A model generated the notes under the pieces. It was not told the DNA's origin, did no database searches, and saw only the letters and a program-made list of their open reading frames with translations. From positions 1-62,167 of the forward strand of contig JASHSP010000118.1 in assembly GCA_030038655.1 (NCBI GenBank): 62,167 nt of DNA. Reading direction: 5' to 3'. Origin of the DNA: Thermoplasmata archaeon (lineage in GTDB: Archaea > Thermoplasmatota > Thermoplasmata > Lutacidiplasmatales > UBA184). Shown here piece by piece: positions 26,745-37,393 of this stretch. Positions within the stretch are counted from its first letter, which is position 1; the number at the start of each line of letters is the position of its first letter. The position numbers and the translations under genes are program-made.

Positions 26745-27236
26745 ATGACGGTCCCACCCCGGGCCGTGGGTGCGACGTTACTCCAGTTGGAGGCGATCCT
26801 GTCGCGTCTGACCGGCCGCGGAGCGTTGGACGAGGTCTGCCGGTTTCTGCGAGAATCGTTCCCGCACTACCGGTGGGTGGGGGTCTATCGACTGGACGGC
26901 GAAACCCTCGTGCTCGAGTCGTGGAACGGCCCCGCGGCGACCGAGCACACCCGGATCCCCGTCGGCGCCGGCATCTGCGGGCGGGCCGCGCGGGAGGACC
27001 GAACGGTGATCGTGGACGACGTGCGCGCCGCGCCCGAGTACCTGGCCTGCTTCCTCGAGACCCGGTCGGAGATCGTCGTGCCGATCCGGGATGGCGAGCG
27101 CGTCGCGGGCGAGATCGATATCGACGGCAACGAAGTGGGCGCGTTCAACGCGAGCGACCGTGACCTGCTCGAGAAGGTCGCGCGCCGGCTCTCCGTCGCG
27201 CTCGCGAAGGCGGCGACCGAGCCGCCGCCCGGCTGA
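26745..27236 (+). CDS. GAF domain protein (free methionine-R-sulfoxide reductase-like)
   Basis: WVGVY, GICGRAA, VDDV..PEYLAC..ETRSEIVVP, GEIDID. Confidence 0.85.
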   Translation: MTVPPRAVGATLLQLEAILSRLTGRGALDEVCRFLRESFPHYRWVGVYRLDGETLVLESWNGPAATEHTRIPVGAGICGRAAREDRTVIVDDVRAAPEYLACFLETRSEIVVPIRDGERVAGEIDIDGNEVGAFNASDRDLLEKVARRLSVALAKAATEPPPG

Positions 27237-27960
27237 GCTCGCGGCGCATCCTCCCGAGGGCGGCCCGGAGCGCTTCGGGAGCGTCGAACGGTACGAACCG
27301 CGGGGTCGCCCCGACGCGGCGAAGCCGCTGCGCCTCGGTCGCGATCGCGCGGAGCGCTCGCGACAGGTCGTCCACGATCGGGAGGTCGGCGACCCGGCTG
27401 GTGCGCGAGAGCGGGTTCAGGTCGATGGAGACGACCCGTTTCCCGAGGGCGCGGAGCGCCGCGGCGCGGTCCCCGTCCTCGAGCGGGACGAGGCAGACGT
27501 CGGCGGTGAAGATCCCCCGGGCGTCGACGCGGGCGCGGTCCGAGGGGAGCCCGGGAACCCGTCGGGTCGGTCGAACGCCGAGCACCTCCGGCACCCCCGC
27601 CCGCCGCAACGCGCGGGCGATGCGACGCACGCGCTCGGGGGTGCGGTGGAACAGGTTGACCTCCACGCGGAGGCGGGGGACCGAGCGCGCCAGCCGCGCG
27701 ACGTCCTCCGCGGCGAGCGCGACGACGTTCCCGTTCACGCTCACGACGGGAGCGCGCGCCGCCAGCAGCCACCGGGCCGCCGTGCGTTCCGCGCGGCGAG
27801 CGCTCGGGGTCGTGCGCTCCCCCAGGAAGTAATCGAACGCCTCGCCCCGTCCTTGCGCGATCAGCCCCTCGGGGACGACCACGCCCCCTCGGTGGGCCCT
27901 CGCGAGGCGCGCCCGGACCACGAGGCTGCGGTACCGGGGATGCCGGGGAGAGAGCCGCAT
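27145..27960 (-). CDS. phosphopantothenate synthetase (4-phosphopantoate--beta-alanine ligase)
   Basis: HPRYRSL, GRGEAFDYFLGE, SVNGN, VPLEDGDR, IDLNPLSRT. Confidence 0.93.
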   Translation of the reverse strand: MRLSPRHPRYRSLVVRARLARAHRGGVVVPEGLIAQGRGEAFDYFLGERTTPSARRAERTAARWLLAARAPVVSVNGNVVALAAEDVARLARSVPRLRVEVNLFHRTPERVRRIARALRRAGVPEVLGVRPTRRVPGLPSDRARVDARGIFTADVCLVPLEDGDRAAALRALGKRVVSIDLNPLSRTSRVADLPIVDDLSRALRAIATEAQRLRRVGATPRFVPFDAPEALRAALGRMRRELSRAAARSPPSRARRRAGARPSRAGHGRSR

Positions 27961-27976
27961 CGGGCCGTCGGGCGGT

Positions 27977-28714
27977 CTACCCGGAGCCGGGCGGTTCGCT
28001 CGCGGCGTGGTTCTCGGCCGTACCCTCGGCCGGCCCCATCCGGCTCTCGAGCGACGCGATCCGGTCGTCGAGCGACTGGAGCCCCTCCTCGAGCACCTTC
28101 GTGAGCGCGAGCTTCAGGCTCTCCTCGAGCGCCACGATGTCCCGGCCGAGGTCGATCATCCGACGGGAGTTCTCGTTCAGCAGGAGCCGGGTCTGCGTCG
28201 CGACCCGGTAGGTGTCGGAGAGGTCCTTCGTGAGCTGGTGCGACGACCGCGCGAACGTTTCCACCGAGTCGCCCACGGGTTTCCACTTCGTGTCCAGGTT
28301 CTCGGCGAGCGCCGCGTTGAGCTTCTGGTCGAGCCGCTCGAACGCCGCGTCGACCTCTTTCGACACCTGCTCGGCGAGCGACGTGCCGAGCCCGTCCAGG
28401 CGGGTCTTGACCTCCTGGTCCAGCCCCTCCACGGACCCCTCCACGTGCTGGACGCGGTCCTCGATCGTCTGGAGCCGCGCGGTGAGGTTCGAGTACGCGG
28501 AACCGATCAGGGTGGTCAGCTGACCCTGGCCGAACTCCTGCGCCCGGAGGAGGAGGTGGAGGATCCAGTGCTCGCGGCCCTTGGCCTCCGCGAGCGGACC
28601 CCGGTCGATGCGGTCCCGGACCTCCCGGTCGTCGATCATCGCCTGGAGCTCCTTCAGGACCTCCACGCGGAGCGCGGGGGTCGGGGCAGCAGTTGTCGGG
28701 GGACGACCGGCCAT
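27977..28714 (-). CDS. hypothetical coiled-coil protein
   Basis: Heptad-rich helical sequence; CTTATATA box at 28740-28747 on the minus strand. Confidence 0.8.
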   Translation of the reverse strand: MAGRPPTTAAPTPALRVEVLKELQAMIDDREVRDRIDRGPLAEAKGREHWILHLLLRAQEFGQGQLTTLIGSAYSNLTARLQTIEDRVQHVEGSVEGLDQEVKTRLDGLGTSLAEQVSKEVDAAFERLDQKLNAALAENLDTKWKPVGDSVETFARSSHQLTKDLSDTYRVATQTRLLLNENSRRMIDLGRDIVALEESLKLALTKVLEEGLQSLDDRIASLESRMGPAEGTAENHAASEPPGSG

Positions 28715-28959
28715 CGAGCGGCGATGGGTCCCGGGTGGCTATATAAGTTGGCGCGGCGGCGCGGCTTGCGCCGGCGGTCCGTGGCCTCCCGTCGGCCACC
28801 GTCCGCGCGTCGAACCGAAGCACGATGCGCGGCGGGTGGCAAACTCGACCGTATAGTTCTTAAATCGGGTGCGACCCTTTCCTTGATGGCAGAGATGCCC
28901 CCCGGTGCCGGGTACCGGGGCATCGCGTCCCTCGACGGGACATCGGAGAGGAAGAAATC

Positions 28960-29136
28960 ATGGCTCGACCACCGAAGAGCAAGGCGAAGCGACGAGTCGG
29001 ACTGGCCGTCTACCTCGAACCCGCGATCCTGCGAAAGCTGCGGGACGCGGCGGAAGGCGATCGCCGATCGACATCGACCCAGGCGGCCCTCTACATCGAG
29101 GAAGGTCTGGGGCTGCGGAAGCCGCGGCCCCGCTGA
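28960..29136 (+). CDS. 58-aa ribbon-helix-helix (Arc/CopG-like) protein, not in ORF track
   Basis: MARPPKSKAKRRVGLAVYLEPAILRKLRDAAEGDRRSTSTQAALYIEEGLGLRKPRPR; GGAGAGG upstream; CTTAAAT at 28859. Confidence 0.75.
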   Translation: MARPPKSKAKRRVGLAVYLEPAILRKLRDAAEGDRRSTSTQAALYIEEGLGLRKPRPR

Positions 29137-29160
29137 GCGTTCCCCCGTCCCGCCCCGGGG

Positions 29161-30339
29161 TCAGCGGGGGGCACCGGACGTAGCCCCGACGTCGAAATCC
29201 GGGCCGAGGAGATCGCGCGCGACGATCTGGCGTCGGATCTCCGACGTCCCGGCGCCGATCTCGAGCAACTTCGCGTCCCGCGCGAGGCGCTCGAGCGGCA
29301 GGTCGCGCATGTAGCCGTACCCGCCGTGGACCTGGATCGCCTCGAGGGCGTGGCGGGTGGACGCCTCGGACGCGTAGGTGAGGGCCGCGGCGCACGCCGT
29401 GCGTCGCGCGGGGTCGGCCGCCACGTCCTCGAGCGCCTGCTGCATCAGGAGCCGCGACGCGGTGAGGTCCGCGTACATGTTCGCCAGCTTCGCCTGCACG
29501 AGCTGGAAGGCGCCGATCTTGTGGCCGAACTGCTCTCGTTCGCGGGCGTATGCGACGGAGCGCTCGAGGCATTCGACCAGGATCCCCACGGGAATGGCGG
29601 ACAGGACCGCGCGCTCGACGTTCAGCCCGCTCATCATGATCCGGACCCCCTCGTTCTCGGCGCCGAGGCGATGGCTGAGCGGCACGTGGACCCCCTGGAA
29701 CGCGAGCTCGCCGGTCGGCGACCCGCGCATGCCCATCTTGTCGAGGCTCTTCGCGACCGAGAACCCGGGGGAGCCGGACTGCACCAGGAACGCGCTGATC
29801 CCGCGGCTGCCTTGCTCGGGGGCGGTCTTCGCGTACACCAGCACCAGGTCGGCGACGGGGCCGTTCGTGATGAACTGCTTCGTGCCCGAGAGCTCGTAGT
29901 GATCCCCCTTCCGCTCGGCGCGCGTCCGCAGCGAGACCGCGTCCGAACCGGACCCCGGCTCGGTAAGCGCCAGCGCGCCGATCTCCGCGCCGCTCGCGAT
30001 CCTCGGCAGAAAGCGTGCACGCTGCTCGTCGCTTCCGTTCCGAGCGAGGTTGTCCGCGAAGAGGTTCGAGTGGGCCCCGACGCTGAGGGCGAGGGCCGGG
30101 CTCACGCGCGCGATCTCCTCGAGGATGACCGCCTGGGCGCGGTACGACAGGCCAAGCCCGCCGTACTCGGTCGGGATCGTCGGAGCGAGGAACCCCTGCT
30201 CGCCGAGGAGACGGAACAGATCCTTCGGGAACCAGTCCTCCCGGTCCATGCGGTCGGCGACCGGGGCGATCTCCTTGCGCGCGAACTTTCGCGCCGCCTC
30301 GGTAAGGTCGCGCTCCTCGGTCGAGAGCTCGGGAGCCAC
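29161..30339 (-). CDS. acyl-CoA dehydrogenase (isovaleryl-CoA dehydrogenase-like)
   Basis: [50 protein letters not shown]. Confidence 0.93.
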   Translation of the reverse strand: MAPELSTEERDLTEAARKFARKEIAPVADRMDREDWFPKDLFRLLGEQGFLAPTIPTEYGGLGLSYRAQAVILEEIARVSPALALSVGAHSNLFADNLARNGSDEQRARFLPRIASGAEIGALALTEPGSGSDAVSLRTRAERKGDHYELSGTKQFITNGPVADLVLVYAKTAPEQGSRGISAFLVQSGSPGFSVAKSLDKMGMRGSPTGELAFQGVHVPLSHRLGAENEGVRIMMSGLNVERAVLSAIPVGILVECLERSVAYAREREQFGHKIGAFQLVQAKLANMYADLTASRLLMQQALEDVAADPARRTACAAALTYASEASTRHALEAIQVHGGYGYMRDLPLERLARDAKLLEIGAGTSEIRRQIVARDLLGPDFDVGATSGAPR

Positions 30340-30382
30340 GTCCGAGGCGAGGGTCCGGCGAGGATAACGGTTGTCGGCCGCC

Positions 30383-31951
30383 CTAGCGCGCGCCGCGGTC
30401 GCCGGCGGCCCGCCGCAGCCCGATGTGCTTCGCCCACGCGGCCTTCGGCCGCGGCCAGTCCGAGCGGTAGTGGGCACCGCGGCTCTCCGTCCGTTCGAGC
30501 GCCGCCCGCGCGATGAGCGAGGCGGTGAGCGCCGCGTTCGCGACCGGACCCGGCAGCGCGTCCGGGCGAGCGGGCTCGACCCGTTCCGCGATCGCCTCGA
30601 ACGCCGCGAGGGCGCCTCGGAGCCCATCGGCCGAGCGGACGATGCCGACCTCCTCCCAGAGCCGGTTGCGCACCTCCTCGACCGCTTCGGGCTCCTCCGA
30701 ACGCCCGGACCCCGGGGGCGGCACGAGGTCGAGGAGGCGCCCGGGCATGGGAGGGCCGCCCGGTGCGGGATGGAGCAGCTGGCGCGCGACCCGCTCGCCG
30801 AAGACCAGGCCCTCGAGCAGCGAGTTGCTCGCGAGGCGGTTCGCCCCGTGAACCCCGGTGGCGGCCACCTCGCCGGCGGCATAGAGCCCCCGGATCGAGG
30901 AACGGCCCTCAAGGTCCGTCGCGACCCCGCCGATCATGTAGTGGGCGACGGGGGCGACGGGGATCCGGTCACGCGACGGGTCGAGCCCGTACGTGAGCAG
31001 GAACCGGCAGACCGACGGGAATCGGGCGTAGAGGCGATCGCGCGGGATCTCCGTGGCGTCCAGGTAGACCGCCGGGTGGCCGGACCGCTGGGTCTCCCGG
31101 TCGATCGCGCGGGCGACGACGTCGCGCGGGGCGAGCTCGGCGTCCCGGTGCTGGCCGACCAGGAACCGCTCCCCGGCCTCGTTGCGCAAGACCGCGCCCT
31201 CGCCGCGGAGCGCCTCGGAGATCAGGAACCGCGGCGCGCCCTCGCGGTAGAACGCCGTCGGGTGGAACTGGATGAACTCCATGTCGCTGAGGAGCGCGCC
31301 GGCGCGGAATGCGATCGCGACCCCCTCGCCGGTCGCGACCGAGGGGTTGGAGCTCTGGCGGTAGAGGGCGCCGGCGCCCCCCGTCGCCAGCACGATCGGG
31401 CGGGCGTCGAGGACCTCCGCACCGCGTCCCTCCGGATTCGCGACCGTCGCCTCGAGCCCCTCTCGCCCGCCGACGCGGAGGGCGCGGAGCACCCTCCGTT
31501 CGGACATTTCGATACCGGCCTCGACCGCACGGTGGCGGAGCGTCTCCTCGATCGACAGCCCCGTGGCGTCGCCGCCGGCGTGCAGTATGCGCGCCCTCGA
31601 GTGCGCGCCCTCCCGGCCCAGGGCGATCCGCCCCTCCTCGGTGTCGAAGGGCACCCCGAGCCGGACGAGGTCGGCGATCCGGGCCGGGGCATCCCCCGTC
31701 AACGCCCGCGCGGCGGCGCGGTCGACCAGCCCATCGCCCGCCCGGACGGTGTCCTCGAAGTGGAGGGCCCGGCTGTCGTCCGGACCGATCGCCGCTGCGA
31801 TGCCGCCCTGGGCGTACCGCGTGTTGGAGTCCTCGAGGCGCCCCTTCGTCAGGACCGTGGGGCGCAGCCCGAGCTCCCGCAGCCGGAGCGCGACGTACAG
31901 CCCGGCGATCCCGCTCCCGATCACGAGCGGGTGACGGGCGGGATCCCTCAC
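30383..31951 (-). CDS. nadB: L-aspartate oxidase
   Basis: [72 protein letters not shown]. Confidence 0.93.
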   Translation of the reverse strand: MRDPARHPLVIGSGIAGLYVALRLRELGLRPTVLTKGRLEDSNTRYAQGGIAAAIGPDDSRALHFEDTVRAGDGLVDRAAARALTGDAPARIADLVRLGVPFDTEEGRIALGREGAHSRARILHAGGDATGLSIEETLRHRAVEAGIEMSERRVLRALRVGGREGLEATVANPEGRGAEVLDARPIVLATGGAGALYRQSSNPSVATGEGVAIAFRAGALLSDMEFIQFHPTAFYREGAPRFLISEALRGEGAVLRNEAGERFLVGQHRDAELAPRDVVARAIDRETQRSGHPAVYLDATEIPRDRLYARFPSVCRFLLTYGLDPSRDRIPVAPVAHYMIGGVATDLEGRSSIRGLYAAGEVAATGVHGANRLASNSLLEGLVFGERVARQLLHPAPGGPPMPGRLLDLVPPPGSGRSEEPEAVEEVRNRLWEEVGIVRSADGLRGALAAFEAIAERVEPARPDALPGPVANAALTASLIARAALERTESRGAHYRSDWPRPKAAWAKHIGLRRAAGDRGAR

Positions 31952-32029
31952 GTTCCCGAGAGCCGGGGCCGGGGTATAGACCCTTTCGACACCCGGCGCT
32001 CTCATCTTCCCCGGGCGGACTGGGCGCTC

Positions 32030-33403
32030 GTGCCGACCGGGGGAGCGGGACTGACCGAGAACGACTGGCCGCGGTCGGTGGAGGTCCGCGACAATACGAT
32101 TCTCCGCCGGGAGCTGGTCGAGCGGTTCCGACGCGCCGGCACCCGGCGAAGCATCAGCGTCACCGATCTGGTAGCCCTCCGGCGGGCGTTCTGGCGACGG
32201 CGCGCCCCGCCGCCTCCCGTGCCGCCCGAGCGGGCGGCGACGATGTCGGCGGGCCGGGCGTGGCACCGGGCCGTCGGACAGGTTCTCGGCGGCGAGGGGT
32301 CGATGGAGGTTCGCCTGCGACGGGAGGGGATCTCGTGCCGCATCGACCTCCTGAGCGACGTGCCGGTCGAGATCAAGACCGGGGCGGGACCCCTGCCGGT
32401 CGACCTCAAGGCCGACCGCCCCGAGCACGTCGAGCAGCTCGCGATGTACTGCGCCCTCACGGGCCGGCCGACCGGTCGCCTGGTGCACATCCTGCTGGCC
32501 GAGGGGCAGGCGACGGCGGTGCGCGCGACCGACGTGACATTCGGGGACCTCGATCGGGTCGCGTCCGAGCTGCGCGCGCGGGAGGCGGCCCTTCGGTCGG
32601 CGCTCGAAGCCGGCGACGGCGCCGGGCTTCCGCGGTGCCGGTGGTTTGGGCGCGGCTGCGAGTTCCAGGCGTCCGGCGTCTGCGGCTGCGACGGCGGGGA
32701 ACCCGGGGGGTCCGACCTCCTGCTCGACGAGGCCCGGTCGCTGGTCGAGCGACCGGAGCTCTCGGACCGGTGGCAGCGCCTGCTCCGCGTCGCGGGCTCC
32801 GCCGGGACGCCGCCCGCCGCCGCTCGGTTCCGAGACCTCGTCTACCCCCGCCGGGCGTTCTTCGAGCGGACGCGGGGCCGAGTGCCCGACACCGAGACGC
32901 CCCCGGCGGTCTCCCCCTCCCGCGACCTGTACGACCGCCTCGCCGAGGCCGTGGAGAGCGGACCGGTCGGAGACGTGCGGCAGCTTCCGTCCGACCCCGA
33001 CGGTCCGGAGGAGGAGGTCGTCGGGCTCCGGGGGGTCCCGTTCCTGCTTCGCACCTCCCGCGCGGGGGCGCGGATCCGGTCCGCCGAGGCGGTCGCGCGC
33101 TTCCCGCAGTACGCGCTCGAGCTTGGCCTTCGGTGCGCGGCGACCGGCACCTCGGAGGGCCACGTGATCCTGGGATACGAGCGGGCCGAGGACGACCGGG
33201 ACCGCGTGCACGTGCTCGACTACCGGTTCCGCCCGACCGCGACGTTTTCGATCCTGGCGAAGGAGAGGTCGCGGGCGCTCGCGGACGCGATCGCCCGCGG
33301 TTCGCCACGAGAGCTCGCCGCGTGCGCCGGGTGGATGGTCTCCGACTGTCCCTACCGGACGGAGTGCGGTTGCGACGGCGACGGGGGGCGGTCCCAGCGG
33401 TAG
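32030..33403 (+). CDS. tandem Cas4-like PD-(D/E)XK protein
   Basis: Domain 1 GRAWH, RIDLLSDVPVEIKT, EQLAMY, C..C..CGC; domain 2 repeats the layout without the catalytic motif; start uncertain. Confidence 0.75.
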   Translation: MPTGGAGLTENDWPRSVEVRDNTILRRELVERFRRAGTRRSISVTDLVALRRAFWRRRAPPPPVPPERAATMSAGRAWHRAVGQVLGGEGSMEVRLRREGISCRIDLLSDVPVEIKTGAGPLPVDLKADRPEHVEQLAMYCALTGRPTGRLVHILLAEGQATAVRATDVTFGDLDRVASELRAREAALRSALEAGDGAGLPRCRWFGRGCEFQASGVCGCDGGEPGGSDLLLDEARSLVERPELSDRWQRLLRVAGSAGTPPAAARFRDLVYPRRAFFERTRGRVPDTETPPAVSPSRDLYDRLAEAVESGPVGDVRQLPSDPDGPEEEVVGLRGVPFLLRTSRAGARIRSAEAVARFPQYALELGLRCAATGTSEGHVILGYERAEDDRDRVHVLDYRFRPTATFSILAKERSRALADAIARGSPRELAACAGWMVSDCPYRTECGCDGDGGRSQR

Positions 33404-34311
33404 ATGATCGCCGACGCCACGGTGCGGAATCCGGCCGATTCGTAGAGGGCCAGCGCGGGGCGGTTGGCGACCGTGACCCAGAGGCGGACCCGCTCGTACC
33501 CGTAGGCCCAGAGGGCGCGGATGCCCCACTTCAGAAGGTAGCGGCCGAGCCCCTTTCGCCGGCGATCGGGGTCGACCAGCAGGTCGACGAAGACCGCCCG
33601 ACGGGGCGTCTGCTCGGTCGTGAGGATCGCCCCCACGAGTCGGGGCGGCTCCGTCTCGACCAGCGCGACCGAGGCCTCGTCCAGGAACCGTCCCACTCGC
33701 CCCTCGAGCATCGAGACGAGCACGCGCCGGTACTCGTCGATGCCCGATCCGATCACCAGCCCGTCGACCGTTCCGTGGAAGGCGCGCCAGTCCAGGTCGA
33801 CCAGGGCCTCCAGCGTGACCGACCGGATCGGCACGAGCCGGGCCGCTCCCGCGGTCTCGGAGAGACGTTCCCCGTCGGCGGTGGACAGCTCGCGCTCCAT
33901 CGCCCGGCGTTCGATGACGGTCGACCCGGCCCGTCGCGCGAGCCGCGCGGCGACGGTTTGTTCCTCCGCAGGGGCGAGACCCGTGAACCCGAGGTCGATC
34001 GCATCGATCTCGGAGGGCAACCCGTCCAGGAGCGCTTCCGCCAGGGTCCCGGCGCGCTCGTCGGCCCCGGCACCTTCGGTGGCGTGAACGTGCCCGTAGG
34101 CGGCGCCGCCGCGGCGCGAGTAGAAGGCGAGTCCCCCTCCGCCCGGAAGGTAGAGGCCCGCCTTCGCGCCGGCGCGCAGGTCGGAGGCGGAGTCCTCGAC
34201 CCACTCGCCGCTCGGAAGCTCGGCGCGGGCGAGCAGCTCCCGGCGGATCGCCTGGAGGAGCTCCTCGAGCTCCTCGCGGGAGGCCCGGGTGGCCGCGCGC
34301 GGAGGCTCCAC
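33352..34311 (-). CDS. GNAT family N-acetyltransferase
   Basis: VDPDRRRKGLGRYLL, LWVTVANRPALALYESAGF. Confidence 0.85.
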   Translation of the reverse strand: MEPPRAATRASREELEELLQAIRRELLARAELPSGEWVEDSASDLRAGAKAGLYLPGGGGLAFYSRRGGAAYGHVHATEGAGADERAGTLAEALLDGLPSEIDAIDLGFTGLAPAEEQTVAARLARRAGSTVIERRAMERELSTADGERLSETAGAARLVPIRSVTLEALVDLDWRAFHGTVDGLVIGSGIDEYRRVLVSMLEGRVGRFLDEASVALVETEPPRLVGAILTTEQTPRRAVFVDLLVDPDRRRKGLGRYLLKWGIRALWAYGYERVRLWVTVANRPALALYESAGFRTVASAIIYRWDRPPSPSQPHSVR

Positions 34312-34321
34312 GGGCCAGCTC

Positions 34322-35197
34322 CTACTTGGACGCGAGTTCGCGGAGGAGGATCTGGGCGATGTCGGGCGCGACGGACGCCTTCTCGGCGGGGTTCTCGAGC
34401 GTGTCGGTGGAGTAGACCTCGTCGGTGACCGCCTTGATCCGCTCGAACGCGTCGCGCAGGAAGAGGCCGTGCGTGCACGCCACGCTCGTCGCGCCGACGC
34501 CGTGTCGCTTCAACAACTTCGCCGCCTCCACGATCGTCCCGCCCGTCGTGATCACGTCGTCGATCAGCGCGACGTGCTTGCCCGCGAACGCGGGGACGTC
34601 GGGCGGCAGGCTGAGCTCGACCTTGTCGCTGTCGATCCGTCTCTTCTCGAGGGCGAACCACGGTCGGTCGAGCAGCTGGGCCATGCGCCGCACGCGTTCG
34701 ATACCCCCCTTGTCGGGGGAGACGAGGAGATCGATCGGGCGCTCGCGGAGCAGGCGGGCGAGCGCGGGGATCCCGCTCGCCTCGAACGCCGGTTTCGTGA
34801 AGTGGCCGAGAGTCGTCGGGGAGTGGAGGTCGACCGTGATGACCGCGTCCGCGTCCAGCTCGACGTGGCGCGACAGCGACCGAGCGCTGACGGGCTCGCC
34901 GGGGAAGAACCGGCGGTCCTGCCGGGCGTAGCCGAAGTACGGCACCACGACGAACGTGCGCCGGGCGCCGGCCTCGTGGACAGCGTCCTCGAGCAGGAGG
35001 AGCTCGAGGAGGGCCGGGTCGCTCGGGGTCGATTGCACGACCACGACGTCGTCCCCCTCGAGGCGGCCGCCGATCCGGATGTACATCTCGCCGTCCGGGA
35101 ACCGCTTCACGAACGGGATCCCGAACGGTGCGTTGCCGAGCTCGCGGGAGATCCTCTCGGCCAAGGCGGTCGACGCCGTACCTCCGATGACGTGCAC
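34322..35197 (-). CDS. prs: ribose-phosphate pyrophosphokinase
   Basis: RFPDGE, PYFGYARQD, SPDKG, IDDVITTGGT, CTHG. Confidence 0.96.
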   Translation of the reverse strand: MHVIGGTASTALAERISRELGNAPFGIPFVKRFPDGEMYIRIGGRLEGDDVVVVQSTPSDPALLELLLLEDAVHEAGARRTFVVVPYFGYARQDRRFFPGEPVSARSLSRHVELDADAVITVDLHSPTTLGHFTKPAFEASGIPALARLLRERPIDLLVSPDKGGIERVRRMAQLLDRPWFALEKRRIDSDKVELSLPPDVPAFAGKHVALIDDVITTGGTIVEAAKLLKRHGVGATSVACTHGLFLRDAFERIKAVTDEVYSTDTLENPAEKASVAPDIAQILLRELASK

Positions 35198-35278
35198 GTC
35201 GGCGGACCCCTCGTTCCGGACGGGGCCGGCGGTTAAAGGTTGACGGGCGGGCGACGGGTCCGGACCGTCGCGCGCGGC

Positions 35279-36616
35279 CTAGAGGTCCTCGTCGTCCTCG
35301 TCCGGGTCCCGGGGGGCCGGCCGGCGAGCGTGGGGGCGGGGCCGTTCCCGGTGGCTCACGAAATGCGATCGCCGCGACTCGTCGTACGTCGGACGCCGGC
35401 GCGGGGGCGTCGGGGGAGGGGCCGCGCGCGCCGGCTCGTTATCCGGCTTCCACGGCCTCATGGCGGTCGCGAACCGCGAGGGACGAGGCGCCTCCCGCCC
35501 CGCTTCCTCCTCTTCGGGTTCGGCCGACCGCCGCTCCGCCTCCTCGCGCTTGCGCAGTCGGCTCTCCACGCCCTCGCGGCGCAGCAGGTAGTGGACCCCG
35601 AGCGCCAGGAACAGTACGGCGGCGATCGTCAACCCCAGGAACTCCCACGACTGGGACGGCACGAGGCCGGCGTCCCCCTCGAACAACAGCTTGATCGCTC
35701 CGAACCACGGGATCATCCCGCGGGCGATCCCGATGATCCAGGCCGGCTTGACGAGGGAGCTGATCTTGGCGCCGGTGCCGTTGACCGCGACCGACTGGTC
35801 GTACGACCCCGAGTTGTTGTCTCCGAGCGTGAGGAACCCGGAGTGGGTACCCAGCCCCGGCGAGTCGAGGTCGACGACAAGAGTGACGGACGATTGACCG
35901 ACGTGGTAGAGATGGATCCCCTCCGCCCCGGTCAGGCCGACGAGGTTGCAGTTGCTCGCGGTACCGGAAATGTAGTACGACACCGAGGAGGACGAGTCGG
36001 AGCAGAGGAGGCCTCCGAGGTCGGTCGCGTTGAACGTGCTGTTCGACGGGTTCCACTGGAGGAAGAAGATCGCGCGATGGATGATCGGGGTCTGCGACGT
36101 CTGGCCGTACGGATAGTAGAGGAGCACATCCCCCGGTTCGCCGTAGGTCGAGAATCCGGTCTGAACCCCGATGACGTACGGCACGATGGAGCCCAGCGAG
36201 ACCTTCTGCGCGAGGACGATGTCGCCGGCGTTGAGGAATCCGACGTGGTCGCCGGACCCGTGTTGCATGCTGTTCGACTCGATCGCATAGACGGGCGGCC
36301 AGTTCCCCGTGTAGGCGAACAGGGAGACCAGCAGCACCGCCACGATCGCGAGCGCCACGAGCGGTTCGAAGAACAGCGAGTCCCGAGCCCGCCAGTACAC
36401 CGGCCACTTGCCGTCCCCGCGGTCGTCGCCCGGCAGGTCGAGGTCGTCCACGTCCTCGTCGTCCGGATCCCAGCCGCGCACGGGTCCGGACCGGACGCCG
36501 GGTTCGACTCGACGGCGGGCGCGACGTGACGGTGGTGATGGCTTCGGCTCGTCGTCGCCGAGGTCGAGGTCGTCGAGCTCCTCGTCGTCGCCCGACGAGC
36601 GAGGCGGAGGGGTCAT
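35279..36616 (-). CDS. S26 family signal peptidase I (archaeal Sec11-like)
   Basis: IESNSMQH (catalytic Ser), GDIV, PIIHRA (His), TLGDNN, IPWFGAIK. Confidence 0.88.
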   Translation of the reverse strand: MTPPPRSSGDDEELDDLDLGDDEPKPSPPSRRARRRVEPGVRSGPVRGWDPDDEDVDDLDLPGDDRGDGKWPVYWRARDSLFFEPLVALAIVAVLLVSLFAYTGNWPPVYAIESNSMQHGSGDHVGFLNAGDIVLAQKVSLGSIVPYVIGVQTGFSTYGEPGDVLLYYPYGQTSQTPIIHRAIFFLQWNPSNSTFNATDLGGLLCSDSSSSVSYYISGTASNCNLVGLTGAEGIHLYHVGQSSVTLVVDLDSPGLGTHSGFLTLGDNNSGSYDQSVAVNGTGAKISSLVKPAWIIGIARGMIPWFGAIKLLFEGDAGLVPSQSWEFLGLTIAAVLFLALGVHYLLRREGVESRLRKREEAERRSAEPEEEEAGREAPRPSRFATAMRPWKPDNEPARAAPPPTPPRRRPTYDESRRSHFVSHRERPRPHARRPAPRDPDEDDEDL

Positions 36617-36753
36617 GGAGCCGACGTTCCGGTCCGCTCCCCTTAACCCTTGAGGTCAAAACGCACGGGGAGCGAGCGAGCCATCGAGAGCGAACCAACC
36701 CTTAAACCGTACGGCGTCCCCGTTCCCCGTCGAGAGCGACGCGAGGGGCAACG

Positions 36754-37383
36754 ATGGACCGGATCGATGTATCGATGCCGCTGTTCGAGGGGATGCCGGC
36801 GTTCCCGGGCGACCCGCTCTTCCGCAGCCGGCCGGAGCGGCGCGTCGACCGGGGGGACCCCTACAACCTCTCGGCCCTCGCCCTGGGCTCGCACGCCGGC
36901 ACCCACGTCGATCCCCCGAGCCACTTCGCGGCCGGCACCCCGGGCGTCGACCGGCTCGACCTCGATGTCCTCAACGGACGGTGCCTCGTTCTGACGGTAC
37001 CGGACGATCGGTCCGTCGTCGGCCCGCCGGAGGTCGCCTCCGTCCCGCCGGGCACGACCCGCGTCCTCCTCCGGACCGGCAACTCGCGTCGTTGGGGCGC
37101 CCGGCTCGAGTTCTTCGAGGACTTCGTCGGCCTCGCGTTGGGCGGAGCCGTCGCCCTGCGGGAGCGCGGGGTACGTCTCGTCGGCATCGACTCGCTCTCG
37201 GTCGAGTGGGACCCCTCGGGGCGATTCCCCGTGCACCGGGACCTTCTCGGTCACGGAGTGCTCATCCTGGAAGGCCTCCTCTTGGCGGAGGTCAGCCCGG
37301 GCGAGTATCGCCTCGACTGCCTGCCGTTGCGGATCCGCGACGGCGACGGCGGTCCCGCGCGCGCCGTCCTCGGCCGACCGTAG
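36754..37383 (+). CDS. cyclase family protein (kynurenine formamidase-like)
   Basis: HAGTHVDPPSHF, VGIDSLS, ILEGL, GDGGPARAV. Confidence 0.9.
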   Translation: MDRIDVSMPLFEGMPAFPGDPLFRSRPERRVDRGDPYNLSALALGSHAGTHVDPPSHFAAGTPGVDRLDLDVLNGRCLVLTVPDDRSVVGPPEVASVPPGTTRVLLRTGNSRRWGARLEFFEDFVGLALGGAVALRERGVRLVGIDSLSVEWDPSGRFPVHRDLLGHGVLILEGLLLAEVSPGEYRLDCLPLRIRDGDGGPARAVLGRP

Positions 37384-37393
37384 GACCCGGGGC

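Noticed and set aside
28007..29314. 435-aa plus-strand ORF, including an ATG at 28886
   Set aside because: Antisense to the coiled-coil and acyl-CoA dehydrogenase genes; the 58-aa RHH frame explains the region better
22074..33403. CRISPR-Cas adaptation module based on the two Cas4-like genes
   Set aside because: They are ~9 kb apart among housekeeping genes with no other cas gene or array
30371..34428. Very long ORFs suggesting giant NadB or nuclease fusions
   Set aside because: The extensions are the antisense of neighbouring real genes; NadB starts near 31951 and the nuclease near 32030, with an AT-rich promoter gap between them
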